Of a DNA stretch of 64,000 nucleotides, positions 39,895 to 50,366 are shown one piece after another. Made by a program: the position numbers and the translations under genes. The first letter of the stretch is position 1. Each line of letters starts with the position of its first letter. The notes beneath the pieces are model-generated. The model was given only the letters and a program-made list of their open reading frames with translations. It was not told the DNA's origin and did not search any database. Origin of the DNA: a bacterium (lineage in GTDB: Bacteria; UBA8248; JACPRG01; G963555815); the NCBI GenBank assembly GCA_963555815.3, contig CAUVWX020000001.1, forward strand, positions 128,001 through 192,000, written 5' to 3'.

Positions 39895-41198
39895 TATCTT
39901 CCCTTCGGATGGCGGGAATCTTCATTCTTCTGACCACTCTCGCCCTGGCCGGATGCTCAACCGAATCACCGAAAGAGGAGAAGACCACCCTCCGGTTTGT
40001 GGGCTGGAGCTTCAACAACCCGGAGGCCTGGGAGGCGATCTTCAACGCCTTTGAGGAAGCTCACCCGGACATTCGCCTCGTGCGGGAGATCACGCCCCAC
40101 TCCTCCACCCAGTTCCACGCCCTCCTCTCCCAAAAACTTCGCAACCAGGACTCTTCGATGGACGTCTTCCTCATGGACGTCATCTGGCCCTCCGAGTTCG
40201 CAGCTGCGGGCTGGGCCCTCCCCCTGGACAATTTCTTTTCCGACGAAGAGCGCCAAAAATTTCTCGACGTCCCCATCCTCGCCAACACCTACCAGGACAA
40301 GATCTATGGCGTGCCCCTCTTCATCGACAGCGGGTTGCTCTACTACCGTAAGGATCTCTTGGAGAAATACGGCTTTTCGCCGCCCGGGACCTGGGAGGAG
40401 CTAGTCCAGCAAGCAGAATCCATCCGCGACGGGGAACAATCCGCGCACCCGGGCCTCCACGGCTACTCGGGCCAGTTCAAACAGTACGAGGGCCTCATCT
40501 GCGACATGCTGGAGTTCGTCCACAGCAACGAAGGGTCTTTTCTCGATTCGGAAGGGGGCCGCGCCCTCATCGATTCCCCTCAGGCCGTGGAGGCCGTCCA
40601 GTTCGTTCGCGACCAGATTATTGGCGGGCTCGCACCCCGGGGCGTGTTGACCTATCAAGAGCCTGAGTCGCTGGCCCTGTTCTCCCAGGGAAACGCCGTC
40701 TTCCACCGCAACTGGCCCTACGCCTGGGCCATCGTGAACGATCCCGAAAGGTCCCAGGTGGTTGAGAAGGTCGGCGTGGCCAAGCTGCCTCACTTCCCAG
40801 GGGGCCGCAGCGTGTCAACGCTTGGGGGGTGGCAGCTCGCCGTCAGCCGCTTCTCCAAGCAGCCGGAGGTCGCTTGGAAGTTCGTGTCCTTTGTGACCAG
40901 CCCGACCATGCAGAAGGTGCTGGCGCTCCAGGCCGGCCGCGCCCCGACTCGCAAGGCCCTCTATGAGGACCCCGAGGTCCTGGCGGCCAACCCCCACTTC
41001 CGGGACCTCTTCGACATCTTTCTGACCGCTCATCCGCGGCCCCGCACGCCCCTCTATCCGCAGGTCACGAACACTCTGCAGGCGTACTTCAGCGCCGCCC
41101 TGAGCGACCCGGAGTCAGACATCCCAGCCCTGTCCCAGCGGGTGCGAGAAGACCTGGACCGGATCCTGGCCCCTTCCCAGGGAGAGCGATCCGATTAG
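39891..41198 (+). CDS. Carbohydrate ABC transporter substrate-binding lipoprotein (trehalose/maltose-like)
   Basis: LAGC lipobox, DVIWPSEFA, QYEGL, RNWPYAW. Confidence 0.88.
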   Translation: MISSLRMAGIFILLTTLALAGCSTESPKEEKTTLRFVGWSFNNPEAWEAIFNAFEEAHPDIRLVREITPHSSTQFHALLSQKLRNQDSSMDVFLMDVIWPSEFAAAGWALPLDNFFSDEERQKFLDVPILANTYQDKIYGVPLFIDSGLLYYRKDLLEKYGFSPPGTWEELVQQAESIRDGEQSAHPGLHGYSGQFKQYEGLICDMLEFVHSNEGSFLDSEGGRALIDSPQAVEAVQFVRDQIIGGLAPRGVLTYQEPESLALFSQGNAVFHRNWPYAWAIVNDPERSQVVEKVGVAKLPHFPGGRSVSTLGGWQLAVSRFSKQPEVAWKFVSFVTSPTMQKVLALQAGRAPTRKALYEDPEVLAANPHFRDLFDIFLTAHPRPRTPLYPQVTNTLQAYFSAALSDPESDIPALSQRVREDLDRILAPSQGERSD

Positions 41199-41211
41199 AC
41201 CTTTCGACGAG

Positions 41212-42096
41212 ATGTCGGACCGTAGGTTCGGAACACTCCTTCTCATCCCAGCCGCAATCTTTATCCTGGGTCTCGCGATCTTTCCCGTCCTGCAATCCAT
41301 CTGGCTCAGCTTTCACCAGATCCTCCTGGCGCTGCCCGGCCTCGGCAAAAAGTTCGTGGGGCTGGAAAACTACGGGAGAATCCTGACCGACCCGGCCGCC
41401 CGAGATTCAATAGGATTCACGTTCCTGTTCGTCTTCGGCACCACCCTCTGCGAGTTAATCCTGGGACTTGCCATGGCCCTGACGCTGAACCGGAGCTTTC
41501 GGGGGCGGGGGTGGGTGAGGGCCGCGATTCTCATCCCCTGGGCGATCCCCACCGTAGTGGCGTCGCAGATGTGGCGCTACATCCTCAACGACCAGTACGG
41601 CCTGGTGAACCTCTTCCTTTTCGGGTCCGACACGGCGTCCTATCAGGCCTGGCTGGCCCATCCCTGGGGCGCGAGGTTGGCCGTGATGGCGGCCGACATT
41701 TGGAAGACCTCCTCCTTCGCGGCGCTTTTGCTGCTGGCCGGACTTCAGACCATTCCCAACGAGCTCTACGAGGCCGCCCGGATCGACGGGGCGAGCCCCT
41801 GGGCCCAGTTCCGGCGCATCACCCTACCCCTTCTCAAGCCCGCCATCCTGGTCACCCTGCTCTTTCGCACGATGGACGCCTTCCGCGTCTTCGACCTGGT
41901 CTTTGTGATGACGCAGGGCGGGCCGGCCAGCTCCACGCACGTCCTGCAGTTCTACGGCTATCAACGGATGTTCACCGAGGGGGACATGGGATATGGGTCA
42001 GCGGTCTCCGTCGTGGTCTTCCTGACAATCTTCATCGTCTCGCTGTTCTACATCCGGGCGATGGGAACTCGCTTGTTTGAGAGGGCGAAGGTTTGA
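41212..42096 (+). CDS. Carbohydrate ABC permease
   Basis: LYEAARIDGA EAA motif. Confidence 0.9.
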   Translation: MSDRRFGTLLLIPAAIFILGLAIFPVLQSIWLSFHQILLALPGLGKKFVGLENYGRILTDPAARDSIGFTFLFVFGTTLCELILGLAMALTLNRSFRGRGWVRAAILIPWAIPTVVASQMWRYILNDQYGLVNLFLFGSDTASYQAWLAHPWGARLAVMAADIWKTSSFAALLLLAGLQTIPNELYEAARIDGASPWAQFRRITLPLLKPAILVTLLFRTMDAFRVFDLVFVMTQGGPASSTHVLQFYGYQRMFTEGDMGYGSAVSVVVFLTIFIVSLFYIRAMGTRLFERAKV

Positions 42097-42917
42097 AAAA
42101 GTGGGTGGCAAAAATCGCGTTCTGGGCCTGGGTGGGGCTGCTGCTGGTTTTCAGTCTGACGCCCTTCCTGTGGTTCCTCATCACCTCACTGAAGAGCCAG
42201 ATTCAGATCCTTCAGTCCCCTCCCGCCATCTGGCCTGAAGGGGGTTTTCACTTTTACCTGTCGGCCATCAGCCGTTTTCAGCTCTTTCGATTCATGAAGA
42301 ACAGCCTGGTGGTGGCGGGCTCCACAACGGTTTTAAGCCTTACGATCGGCGCTCTTGCGGGATACGCCCTGAGCCGCCTTCCCGTCCGGCGAAAGCCCCT
42401 CATTCTGGGGGGAATCCTGGCGGTCTCGATGTTCCCCCAGATCTCCATCGTGGGCCCAGTGTGGCGAATACTTAGAAGTCTCGGCTTGCTGAACACCTAC
42501 CCGGGTCTCGTGGCCCCGTACATCATGCTGACACTCCCCTTGGCCATCTGGATCATGGCCAGCTTCTTCAAGGAGCTTCCAACCGAGCTGGAGGAGGCGG
42601 CCAAGATCGACGGCTGCGGCCCCCTTAAAACTCTGGTGAAGGTGGTTGCGCCTGTGGCGGCGCCGGGGATCTTTACGGCGGCTATTCTGATCTTCATCTT
42701 CGCCTGGAACGAGTTCTTCTTCGCCCTTTTGATCATGACCCGGCCCGAGATCCAGACCCTGCCGGTGGGCATCGCGCTTTTCCCGGGCCAGTTCACCATC
42801 CCCTGGGGGGAGCTGTCGGCGGCCTCCGTCATGGCCACCCTCCCCCTCGTCTTTTTGGTCCTTTTGTTCCAGCGCCGGATCATCCGCGGCCTTTCGGCTG
42901 GGTCGATTGTGCAATAA
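42093..42917 (+). CDS. Carbohydrate ABC permease
   Basis: [15 protein letters not shown]. Confidence 0.9.
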   Translation: MKKWVAKIAFWAWVGLLLVFSLTPFLWFLITSLKSQIQILQSPPAIWPEGGFHFYLSAISRFQLFRFMKNSLVVAGSTTVLSLTIGALAGYALSRLPVRRKPLILGGILAVSMFPQISIVGPVWRILRSLGLLNTYPGLVAPYIMLTLPLAIWIMASFFKELPTELEEAAKIDGCGPLKTLVKVVAPVAAPGIFTAAILIFIFAWNEFFFALLIMTRPEIQTLPVGIALFPGQFTIPWGELSAASVMATLPLVFLVLLFQRRIIRGLSAGSIVQ

Positions 42918-42958
42918 TAGAAATGGGCAAAATACTTAATAAGAGAGGTATTCCAAAA

Positions 42959-43363
42959 ATGGCAGAAAAGATTATCAAGACCGACGAGGAGTGGAAGAAG
43001 GAGCTCACGTCGGAGCAGTTTGCAGTCGCCCGGCAAAAAGGCACGGAACCTGCTTTTTCAGGCGAACACCACGACAGCAAGGAGAAGGGAACTTATCAGT
43101 GCGTCTGCTGCGGGGCGGAACTTTTCAGCTCAGACACGAAATTTGATTCCAGGACAGGCTGGCCAAGCTTCTACGAACCGATGTCGCATGAGAACATCAA
43201 AAGTGAAAAGGATGACAGCCACGGGATGACAAGGGTGGAGGTGCTTTGCAGCGCGTGCGACGCCCATCTGGGCCATGTCTTCAAAGACGGTCCGAAGCCG
43301 ACTGGACTCCGCTACTGCATCAATTCCGCTTCCCTCAAGCTCGACAAAAAAGAAGCGCAATAA
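42959..43363 (+). CDS. msrB: Peptide-methionine (R)-S-oxide reductase
   Basis: GWPSF, HLGHVF.DGP, RYCINS, two CxxC motifs. Confidence 0.95.
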   Translation: MAEKIIKTDEEWKKELTSEQFAVARQKGTEPAFSGEHHDSKEKGTYQCVCCGAELFSSDTKFDSRTGWPSFYEPMSHENIKSEKDDSHGMTRVEVLCSACDAHLGHVFKDGPKPTGLRYCINSASLKLDKKEAQ

Positions 43364-43369
43364 AAAGGT

Positions 43370-44428
43370 TTATTGCCTCGCCAGCGGGCCCGACCTCTCC
43401 AGCTCTCTAAAAATCTCCCGGGCGATCATCTCGTTCCCCTCCCGAGTGAGGTGGACGGCATCGTAGAGCATGTCCGCGTGAACGACCCCTGTGAGCGTCG
43501 AGGCGTCCAGGACAGGTAGTCCCTGATCTCTTCCCAGCGTCTCTATGACCGTCAGCACCTTGACGTAGAAGTCCCGGTCCCAGGCCCGTTCGAGCGCCAT
43601 TGAGTCCGCAATCAGGTTTTTAGAAATCTCGCCTTTGATGAGGACGGGCTGTTTAATGAGGTAGACATCCACCCCGCTGCTTTTTGCCACGCCCACCATC
43701 TCCTCCATGTAGCCCCGGTAATCCGAGAACTGGACATAGAGCCGGTCCAGAAAGGAGTTCTTGTTTGTGAAATAGGTCAGCTTCTCAGAGAGCGTCAGGA
43801 AGAGAAGGCTTCGGCTCTCGAGAAAGCGTCGGAGCAGGGCCAGGCGGTTACGAGGGTCTCCTTCACTGGTCACGGTATAGTGGTTATACATGCTCATGAT
43901 GAGGATGAGATTTGGCCGAAGGGGGAGGATCTCCTCCCGCAAGAGGTGACGCAGCATGGCGGGGTTGGCGCCGGGAAGGCCGGCGTTGATAACCTCGAAG
44001 CGGCCAGGCCCGGCGCGAGCGTCCAGGAGGTGTCGGAGGATAGCCGGGAAGGTCTCCTCGTCGTTATTGAAAGCGCCGAAGGTGGATGAGCCGCCAAGGA
44101 CCGCGATGCGGAAGACGTCCGGAGATTTTTCCAAGGGGAAGTCTGGTCCGCGAAGTCCGTATAAGTTGACGTACATCTCCTGCGTCCCGCGCGGGGTCTC
44201 GTTACGAGAGAATCCAGGCATCAACTTGTAGTAATCCCCCTTCTTCTCCACGTCGTACCTGAAGATCTCGCGGACGGAAGAGATCACGTCGGGCTTCAGC
44301 CCGTAGAGGAGCCAGTGCCTGGGACTGTGGCGAAAGGCATAACGGACCCGCTGGGTTCCCTCTAGGATCACAAAGAGCCCGACAATGACGATGAGGGAAA
44401 AGAGGATATTTTTACCGATTGTCTTCAT
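43370..44428 (-). CDS. SGNH/GDSL hydrolase family protein, membrane-anchored
   Basis: GGSSTFG, INAG, DAVH. Confidence 0.8.
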   Translation of the reverse strand: MKTIGKNILFSLIVIVGLFVILEGTQRVRYAFRHSPRHWLLYGLKPDVISSVREIFRYDVEKKGDYYKLMPGFSRNETPRGTQEMYVNLYGLRGPDFPLEKSPDVFRIAVLGGSSTFGAFNNDEETFPAILRHLLDARAGPGRFEVINAGLPGANPAMLRHLLREEILPLRPNLILIMSMYNHYTVTSEGDPRNRLALLRRFLESRSLLFLTLSEKLTYFTNKNSFLDRLYVQFSDYRGYMEEMVGVAKSSGVDVYLIKQPVLIKGEISKNLIADSMALERAWDRDFYVKVLTVIETLGRDQGLPVLDASTLTGVVHADMLYDAVHLTREGNEMIAREIFRELERSGPLARQ

Positions 44429-44628
44429 AGATATCCGATCAGAAAGCCCGTCCCGGGCAGACCCACTCCTGGGGCCACGGCGGGAATAAACACACCCCCA
44501 TGGACCGCATCAGCAAGAGGTATTTACAGAAGATTGGGGTCAAAGCCAAGGGTGGTCCAGGCGGTGTTCGCCAAGGCGCCTCAGTGAGGAGATTCCCACC
44601 CCCACCGAGTTGCCAGGAATCTCTCCGG

Positions 44629-46869
44629 CTACACCTCCTTTGGCGTCACGTAGACCTCTCTGGGCTTAACGCCGTCTGAAGGGCTGACAAGCCCCTCTTT
44701 TTCCATTCGCTCGATCATTCGGGCGGCTCGGTTATACCCCACCCGAAGGCGCCTCTGAACCATCGAAATGGAAGCCTGGCGCAACTTGGAGACCAGATCC
44801 ACCGCCTCCTGGTATTTTTCATCGTCCTCAACCTCTGCCCCTTCTTCCTCGGCCTGCACAGTGGGGAGAAAGAGGGAATCGTCATAGACGGACTCGCCCT
44901 GTTTCTTCAAAAATTCGGTCACCCGGGAGATCTCCTGCTCCGAGACGAAAGCCCCGTGGATGCGGGCGAGGTGAGAGGTGCCGGGGGGAAGGAAGAGCAT
45001 GTCTCCCCGGCCAAGGAGGCGCTCTGCCCCGTTGGCGTCGAGAATGGTTCGGGAATCCGTCTTGGAGGAGACCTGAAAGGAGATCCGGGCGGGAAAGTTG
45101 GCCTTGATGAGGCCCGTCAGGACATCCACCGAGGGACGCTGCGTCGCCACCAGGAGGTGGATCCCGGCGGCCCTCGCCATCTGGGCAAGGCGGGTCAGAG
45201 AATCCTCCACATCGCGAGAGGAGACCATCATGAGGTCAGCCAGTTCATCAATCACCACCACGATATAGGGAAGGGGCCCCTCCTCTTCGGAGGTTTCTGG
45301 CTTCTTCATGGCAATGAGCCTGTTATACCCCGCGATGTTCCTCACCCCTTTCGCGGAGAGGAGGGCATAACGTCTTTCCATCTCCTCGATCACCCCCCGC
45401 AGGGCCAAGGCCGCCCGCTTCGGGTTTGTGACGACGGGGGCCAGAAGGTGCGGGATCCCCTCATAGACAGAGAGCTCCAGCATCTTCGGATCGATCATGA
45501 TGAACTTCGCCTCCTCGGGCGAGACGTGAAAAAGGAGGGAGCAGACCATGGCGTTGATCCCCACGCTCTTCCCCGAGCCCGTGGCCCCGGCGATGAGGAG
45601 GTGTGGGATCTGGGCGAGGTCCGTGATGACGGGTCGGCCCAGGATGTCTTTTCCAAGTGCAAGGGGAAGCCGTCCCTGCTGCGAGTTAAATTCCTCAGAG
45701 GCCAGGATCTCTTTCAGGGCGACGGGCTGTCGGACTGCGTTCGGGATCTCGATCCCGACGGCCGCCTTCCCCGGGATAGGAGCCACGATTCGGACCGCGA
45801 GGGCACGCATGGAAAGGGCCAAGTCATCGGAAAGGTTCGCGATCTTGCTCACCTTGATGCCCGCGGCGGGGGAAAATTCAAACATGGTGACGACGGGTCC
45901 GTGGAGAACCTGGAGAACCCGGCCCTCCACGCCATAGTCACGGAGCTTCTCCTCTAAGAGGGCAGAGCGCTGGGTGAGCTCTTCCCGGGCCACGCCGGAA
46001 AGCGCGGGAGGCGGATCTTCCAGGAGGGAGAGGGAGGGAAGGGTGTGGGGAGGACGCTTTCTGGATGACGCCTTCGAGATGTCAGGAGGAAGGGCGATGA
46101 TGGGACTTGGGGGGGGGTCCCCTCTGTCTGGTTCCCCCAAACTCACTTCGGACACCTGAGGTCTCACAGGGGGCTCCGCAAATCTGATCTCCTCTTTCTT
46201 CACCGTAACTCTTTCAGATCTCCACTTCCGGATCCGGGCCACGAGGGTCTGAAAGGCCGCAAAGAGAGCTTTTAGTCCCAGGATCAACCCGGATCTGGCT
46301 TGGACGAGAACACGACGTGCCAGGAGGAGGACGGCCACTGAGGCGGCGAGGAGGAGGATGAGATAGCCCCCCGGACCGCCAAAGTATCGGAAAAGGGCGG
46401 GGGCCAAAACTCCCCCCAACAGACCTCCCGCCTGGATGTCAGGCCCGAAGAAGGGGTCCACCAGAACCAGCCCCCGGACAAAGATCGCCACGGCCGCCCC
46501 GGCCAGCGTGAGGCCAAGGCCAAGGCTCAGGGGGTTTTTGACCAAGCGGTGGCGAATCCAGAAGAGTCCCACCCAGAGGGACGCAAGGGGGATCACCCAG
46601 GCGCTTAGCCCGAAGAGCTGCGCGAGGAGGTCGGCCATATAGGCCCCGACAACCCCGCCGCTATTTTGGACCTCCCAACCGGGGGGAGCGGTCCGACTAA
46701 AGGAAGGGTCCTCGGGATGAAAAGTGAAGAGGGCCATCCCGAGAAAGAAAGCGAGTCCAAAAAGGACAAGAGAAAAAGATTCGAGGAGGGGGGGAGTTCG
46801 CCAAGAATATCCCCTTTCGGTTTTTCTTCTTTCCAAGGGGGCCCTCCCTAACAGGCAACCTCGCTGCAA
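44629..46869 (-). CDS. ftsK: DNA translocase FtsK
   Basis: N-terminal TMs, GATGSGKS, IDELADLM, ATQRPSVD, gamma domain QRRLRVGYNRAAR. Confidence 0.95.
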   Translation of the reverse strand: MQRGCLLGRAPLERRKTERGYSWRTPPLLESFSLVLFGLAFFLGMALFTFHPEDPSFSRTAPPGWEVQNSGGVVGAYMADLLAQLFGLSAWVIPLASLWVGLFWIRHRLVKNPLSLGLGLTLAGAAVAIFVRGLVLVDPFFGPDIQAGGLLGGVLAPALFRYFGGPGGYLILLLAASVAVLLLARRVLVQARSGLILGLKALFAAFQTLVARIRKWRSERVTVKKEEIRFAEPPVRPQVSEVSLGEPDRGDPPPSPIIALPPDISKASSRKRPPHTLPSLSLLEDPPPALSGVAREELTQRSALLEEKLRDYGVEGRVLQVLHGPVVTMFEFSPAAGIKVSKIANLSDDLALSMRALAVRIVAPIPGKAAVGIEIPNAVRQPVALKEILASEEFNSQQGRLPLALGKDILGRPVITDLAQIPHLLIAGATGSGKSVGINAMVCSLLFHVSPEEAKFIMIDPKMLELSVYEGIPHLLAPVVTNPKRAALALRGVIEEMERRYALLSAKGVRNIAGYNRLIAMKKPETSEEEGPLPYIVVVIDELADLMMVSSRDVEDSLTRLAQMARAAGIHLLVATQRPSVDVLTGLIKANFPARISFQVSSKTDSRTILDANGAERLLGRGDMLFLPPGTSHLARIHGAFVSEQEISRVTEFLKKQGESVYDDSLFLPTVQAEEEGAEVEDDEKYQEAVDLVSKLRQASISMVQRRLRVGYNRAARMIERMEKEGLVSPSDGVKPREVYVTPKEV

Positions 46870-47026
46870 TGCAACCTCTCAAAGTCTCCTCCAATATACT
46901 GCACACGGATACGATTATCTAATCAAAAGCGAAACTTCAGCCTATCGTAAAAAGCATCATGATCTGTCTTTCGCCGGTGGTCCTCGCGACGGGGGACGGC
47001 CAGAAAAAAGCGTTAAGGAGGAAAGC

Positions 47027-47770
47027 CTACTTCCCAAGATTCGAGCGGTGTTTGAGGAGAAGGCTTAAGTTGGCCATGATGTTTCTTAGGACCCTCATCT
47101 TGCTCTGTCCCCTTTTTGTCCCGTAGCGGTAAACGTGGGGAACCTGATCTGCCGTCCTGACGAAGGGCCGGACCTTGAGGAGAAGGTCAACATTGGCGGC
47201 GAATCCCCGACTCTCAAAGAGCCTTCCCTTGTGCTCCGCCCAGGCTCGCCGCAGGAGAGCCCCCCGGTATGCCCGATAGAAGATGGTGTGGTCGGAGAAG
47301 TTCGGGATGGGGAAAAAGGTCCGGTAGATCCAGTTCGCCGCAAGGCTGAGGAAGTGGCGAAAAAGGGGGAAGTTCTCGTATCCTCCGCCGGAAAGAAACC
47401 GGGAGGCCCCAACGAGATCTGCCCCTGACGCTATCTTGTGGAGCATGGCCGGGAAAAGGCTCGGGTCATTCGTCCCGTCCCCCTCCGCCACCACGACGAC
47501 ATCCTCCTCAGAAAGGTGGTCCATGACCGATGAAAATCCACTGCGAAAGACCTCCTGGACGCCGAGGTTGCGTGGGTGTCTCACGAGACGCAGGGAGACG
47601 GAAGGAGGGAGGGTCTCCATCACCTCAGCTGTGCGGTCCGTGCTGCCATCGTCCACAACAACGGCTTGATAACTGTAAGAGGCGCCCCTGAGGACCCGGT
47701 CGATGTCTCGCAGAAGCCCGCCCAGGGTTTCCGCCTCGTTGTAAGAGGGAATGATGACGCGGACTTGCAT
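47027..47770 (-). CDS. Glycosyltransferase family 2 (polyprenol-phosphate type)
   Basis: IIPSYNE, VDDGSTD, GASRF. Confidence 0.85.
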   Translation of the reverse strand: MQVRVIIPSYNEAETLGGLLRDIDRVLRGASYSYQAVVVDDGSTDRTAEVMETLPPSVSLRLVRHPRNLGVQEVFRSGFSSVMDHLSEEDVVVVAEGDGTNDPSLFPAMLHKIASGADLVGASRFLSGGGYENFPLFRHFLSLAANWIYRTFFPIPNFSDHTIFYRAYRGALLRRAWAEHKGRLFESRGFAANVDLLLKVRPFVRTADQVPHVYRYGTKRGQSKMRVLRNIMANLSLLLKHRSNLGK

Positions 47771-47843
47771 GTGCGCCCAAACCCGCTTCGGTCATCCCCG
47801 GAGAAAGGCCGGGGGGGACTCGAGATCCCTGGTGCCCACCGGG

Positions 47844-48617
47844 CTAGAACAGGAAGGTAAAGGCTACACTATAGTTGATTTCGCTGTCGGTGTCGTCTGC
47901 GATGAGGTCAACGGTGGTGCCCGCGATAATGGTGAGAACCTCGGTGACCGGCGACGTGAGCCCGAGGGTCAGGCCCAGCCGGCTGGGGTCCATGGCGTCC
48001 AGGTCTTCATAGGTAAAGTTTAACTCCAGGACCGGCTGAAGGAGGGGAATCACGAAGTACCCAAAGCCCAGGTCAGCGCCAAGACCCCACTCGTCCTCGT
48101 CATCGGCGAAGAAAACGATATCTGCGTCGGTGGAAAAACGGTCTGTGAAATTCCGCGTGAAGATGAGACCAAGCTCCCCCACCCATCTTGAGTCAGGACC
48201 GGAACGGGTCGGGACCGTCAACCCGGCCTGGAGGGCAACCGACGGATAGGGTCCCGACTCTTCCAAGAATTCATACTTCGCGCCCAACCCCACATCACGC
48301 GCCGAGGTATCGCCCTCACCTGCATCATTAGAAGAGAAGGTGGCGCCGAAGATGCCCCCGACTTCCAGCCCCTTGGCTGCGCCCCAGGTGATGCGAACCC
48401 CCCCTTCCCCTCCCTCGGTATCCGCTGCGTCGTCCACGCTCGTGAACTGAAAAAAAGGTTCCACCTCCAATCGGCCCTTTTCTACAGGCCCGGTGTTGGG
48501 GAGCACTACTTTTGAGTTAGAGATCCCGTCAACGCCATGGGCCAGCCCATAGCTGAGGACGATCCCCACCAGGCACAAGATAGATGTCCAAGACCAGCGC
48601 ATTCTCACGAGAGTCAT
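47844..48617 (-). CDS. Outer-membrane beta-barrel 'transporter'-family protein
   Basis: Signal peptide, amphipathic strands, terminal FLF. Confidence 0.65.
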   Translation of the reverse strand: MTLVRMRWSWTSILCLVGIVLSYGLAHGVDGISNSKVVLPNTGPVEKGRLEVEPFFQFTSVDDAADTEGGEGGVRITWGAAKGLEVGGIFGATFSSNDAGEGDTSARDVGLGAKYEFLEESGPYPSVALQAGLTVPTRSGPDSRWVGELGLIFTRNFTDRFSTDADIVFFADDEDEWGLGADLGFGYFVIPLLQPVLELNFTYEDLDAMDPSRLGLTLGLTSPVTEVLTIIAGTTVDLIADDTDSEINYSVAFTFLF

Positions 48618-48649
48618 CCAGAATTCGTAGTTCGATTACTCTTAACATA

Positions 48650-48669
48650 AAGTTAGACTAATCTAACTT
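48650..48669. promoter_or_regulatory. DtxR/MntR-like palindromic operator
   Basis: AAGTTAGA-CTAA-TCTAACTT (TTAG-N6-CTAA) in an AT-rich divergent intergenic region. Confidence 0.5.
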
Positions 48670-48787
48670 ATGATTTCATTCTACCTTACTTAATTTATTT
48701 GTCAAGGCCCCAGGCCGTTCGCCACCGGAACCCTTTCCAAGACTCGGCGAGGTTGCTATAGTGCAACTCATTGGAGGTCTTCTGGCC

Positions 48788-49300
48788 ATGAAGGGACCCG
48801 CTTCGAGCTGGTCCGCAAAACTCTACAAGGAGATGAAGAAGGCGGGCATCCGCCTTTGCGTGAGCCTTCCCGACAGCTGGCTCTCTGACCTCATCGTGCG
48901 CATGGAGGCTGACCCGGAGATGATCCACGTCCCGGTGAGCCAAGAGGAGGAGGGCATGGGCGTCTGTTGCGGCGCGGTGGCTGGGGGGATGCGGGCGGCT
49001 CTCGTGGTGCAGAACGTGGGGGTCATGAACAGTTTAGGTGCCCTCGCCACCTTCCCCATTTCCTATGGCATCCCCTTTCTCCTCATCATCTCGGATCGGG
49101 GGCGGCTCGGCGATCAAGCCTTCTACGACGTGGAGAAGGGGAAGAACGCAAGGGCCCTCCTCGCCCAGATTGGAATTCAGCATTTCGATATCCCCGCTGA
49201 CTTCCACGCCCGGGGAACGGTGCCCGACGCCTACGGGCTGGCTGAGGCGGCCCAGAAGCCGATCGCCCTCCTCATTACCCGGGAGACCTTCGGCGCGTGA
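48788..49300 (+). CDS. Sulfopyruvate/phosphonopyruvate decarboxylase-like alpha subunit (ThDP N-domain)
   Basis: SLPDSWL, EEEGMGVCCG, QNVG..N, SDRG. Confidence 0.8.
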   Translation: MKGPASSWSAKLYKEMKKAGIRLCVSLPDSWLSDLIVRMEADPEMIHVPVSQEEEGMGVCCGAVAGGMRAALVVQNVGVMNSLGALATFPISYGIPFLLIISDRGRLGDQAFYDVEKGKNARALLAQIGIQHFDIPADFHARGTVPDAYGLAEAAQKPIALLITRETFGA

Positions 49301-49866
49301 ATCAGCGAGACGCCTTTCAAACGCTGGCCAAGTACGTGAGGGATGAGCTGGTGGTAACTGGGATCGGCTCCCAGACCCAGCTCTGGCACTCGGTCTTCCA
49401 CCGGCCCGGGAATTTCTATCTGAGCGGGCCCATGGGCCTAGCCGTCCCCGTCAGTCTCGGGCTGGCCCTCGCCCGTCCCAAGGATCGGGTCATCGTCGTT
49501 GAGGGAGACGGCTCCCTTCTGATGAACCTGGGTGCCCTTGCTGCTGTCGCCCATCACCGGCCCAAGAACCTCCTCATCCTCATTATGGACAACGAGTGCT
49601 ACGACCTCACGGGGATCCAGCCCATGGTGAACCAGGGGAGAACCGATCTACAAAAAATCGCTCAGGGCATGGGGATCAAAGAGACCTATGAGGCGGGGCG
49701 AAAGGCGGACCTCGCCCAAGCCCTTCAGGCGGCCCAGGGGCGAAAACGCCCCGCCTTCATCTGGGCCCGCCTAAAGCCTCTGGGTGAAAAGCCTCCCCCC
49801 TTCCCCTATCCGCCCCATGAGACTAAATACAATTTCTGGCAGCATATCCGGGGGCGGGACCGCTAG
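49297..49866 (+). CDS. Sulfopyruvate/phosphonopyruvate decarboxylase-like beta subunit (ThDP-binding)
   Basis: GPMG, GDGSLLMNLG..MDN ThDP motif. Confidence 0.8.
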   Translation: MNQRDAFQTLAKYVRDELVVTGIGSQTQLWHSVFHRPGNFYLSGPMGLAVPVSLGLALARPKDRVIVVEGDGSLLMNLGALAAVAHHRPKNLLILIMDNECYDLTGIQPMVNQGRTDLQKIAQGMGIKETYEAGRKADLAQALQAAQGRKRPAFIWARLKPLGEKPPPFPYPPHETKYNFWQHIRGRDR

Positions 49867-49931
49867 GGAGATGAGATGGCATCAACCTTCCCCGGTGGGC
49901 ATTTTCTCGGAGGAAGTCGAGGGGCCAAAAA

Positions 49932-50366
49932 ATGGGTCTGTTCTATGACCATATCGCCCTGGCGGTGACCGACATCGACCGCTCGATCGCCTTCTATCAT
50001 GGGGTCATGGGCCTTACGGGGGGCAAGCGACACTTCCAGAAGGATGGGCGCGAGCAGGCAATCTTTGGCGTGGGCGAAGGCATCCTGGTCCTCTTTCACC
50101 TGCCCCGATACGAGCCGAAGAAGCGATCTCCTCGCTCAGGCATGCACCATCTGGCTTTCGGTCTCGATCCAAAAGACTACGATGCCATCGTGAAGCGCTG
50201 TGAGGAACAGGACGTCCGGATCGAGCGTGCCGCCATCAACTCCGGGGCCAAGGGGAAGGGCCTGGCCACCTATTTTTATGACCCTGATGGAAACGAGATC
50301 GAGATCAAAAAATATGTAGATGACCCGAATTTCCGAGAACTCGAAGCGGAAGGTTACGAAATTTGA
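49932..50366 (+). CDS. VOC/glyoxalase family protein
   Basis: DHIALAV.D..RS..FY, HHLAF, YFYDPDGNEIE. Confidence 0.85.
   Translation: MGLFYDHIALAVTDIDRSIAFYHGVMGLTGGKRHFQKDGREQAIFGVGEGILVLFHLPRYEPKKRSPRSGMHHLAFGLDPKDYDAIVKRCEEQDVRIERAAINSGAKGKGLATYFYDPDGNEIEIKKYVDDPNFRELEAEGYEI

Noticed and set aside
25124..46000. Long antisense ORFs such as 25124-26095, 27094-28296, 38590-39408 and 44956-45957
   Set aside because: They are shadow frames of well-supported genes in GC-rich DNA and carry no motifs.
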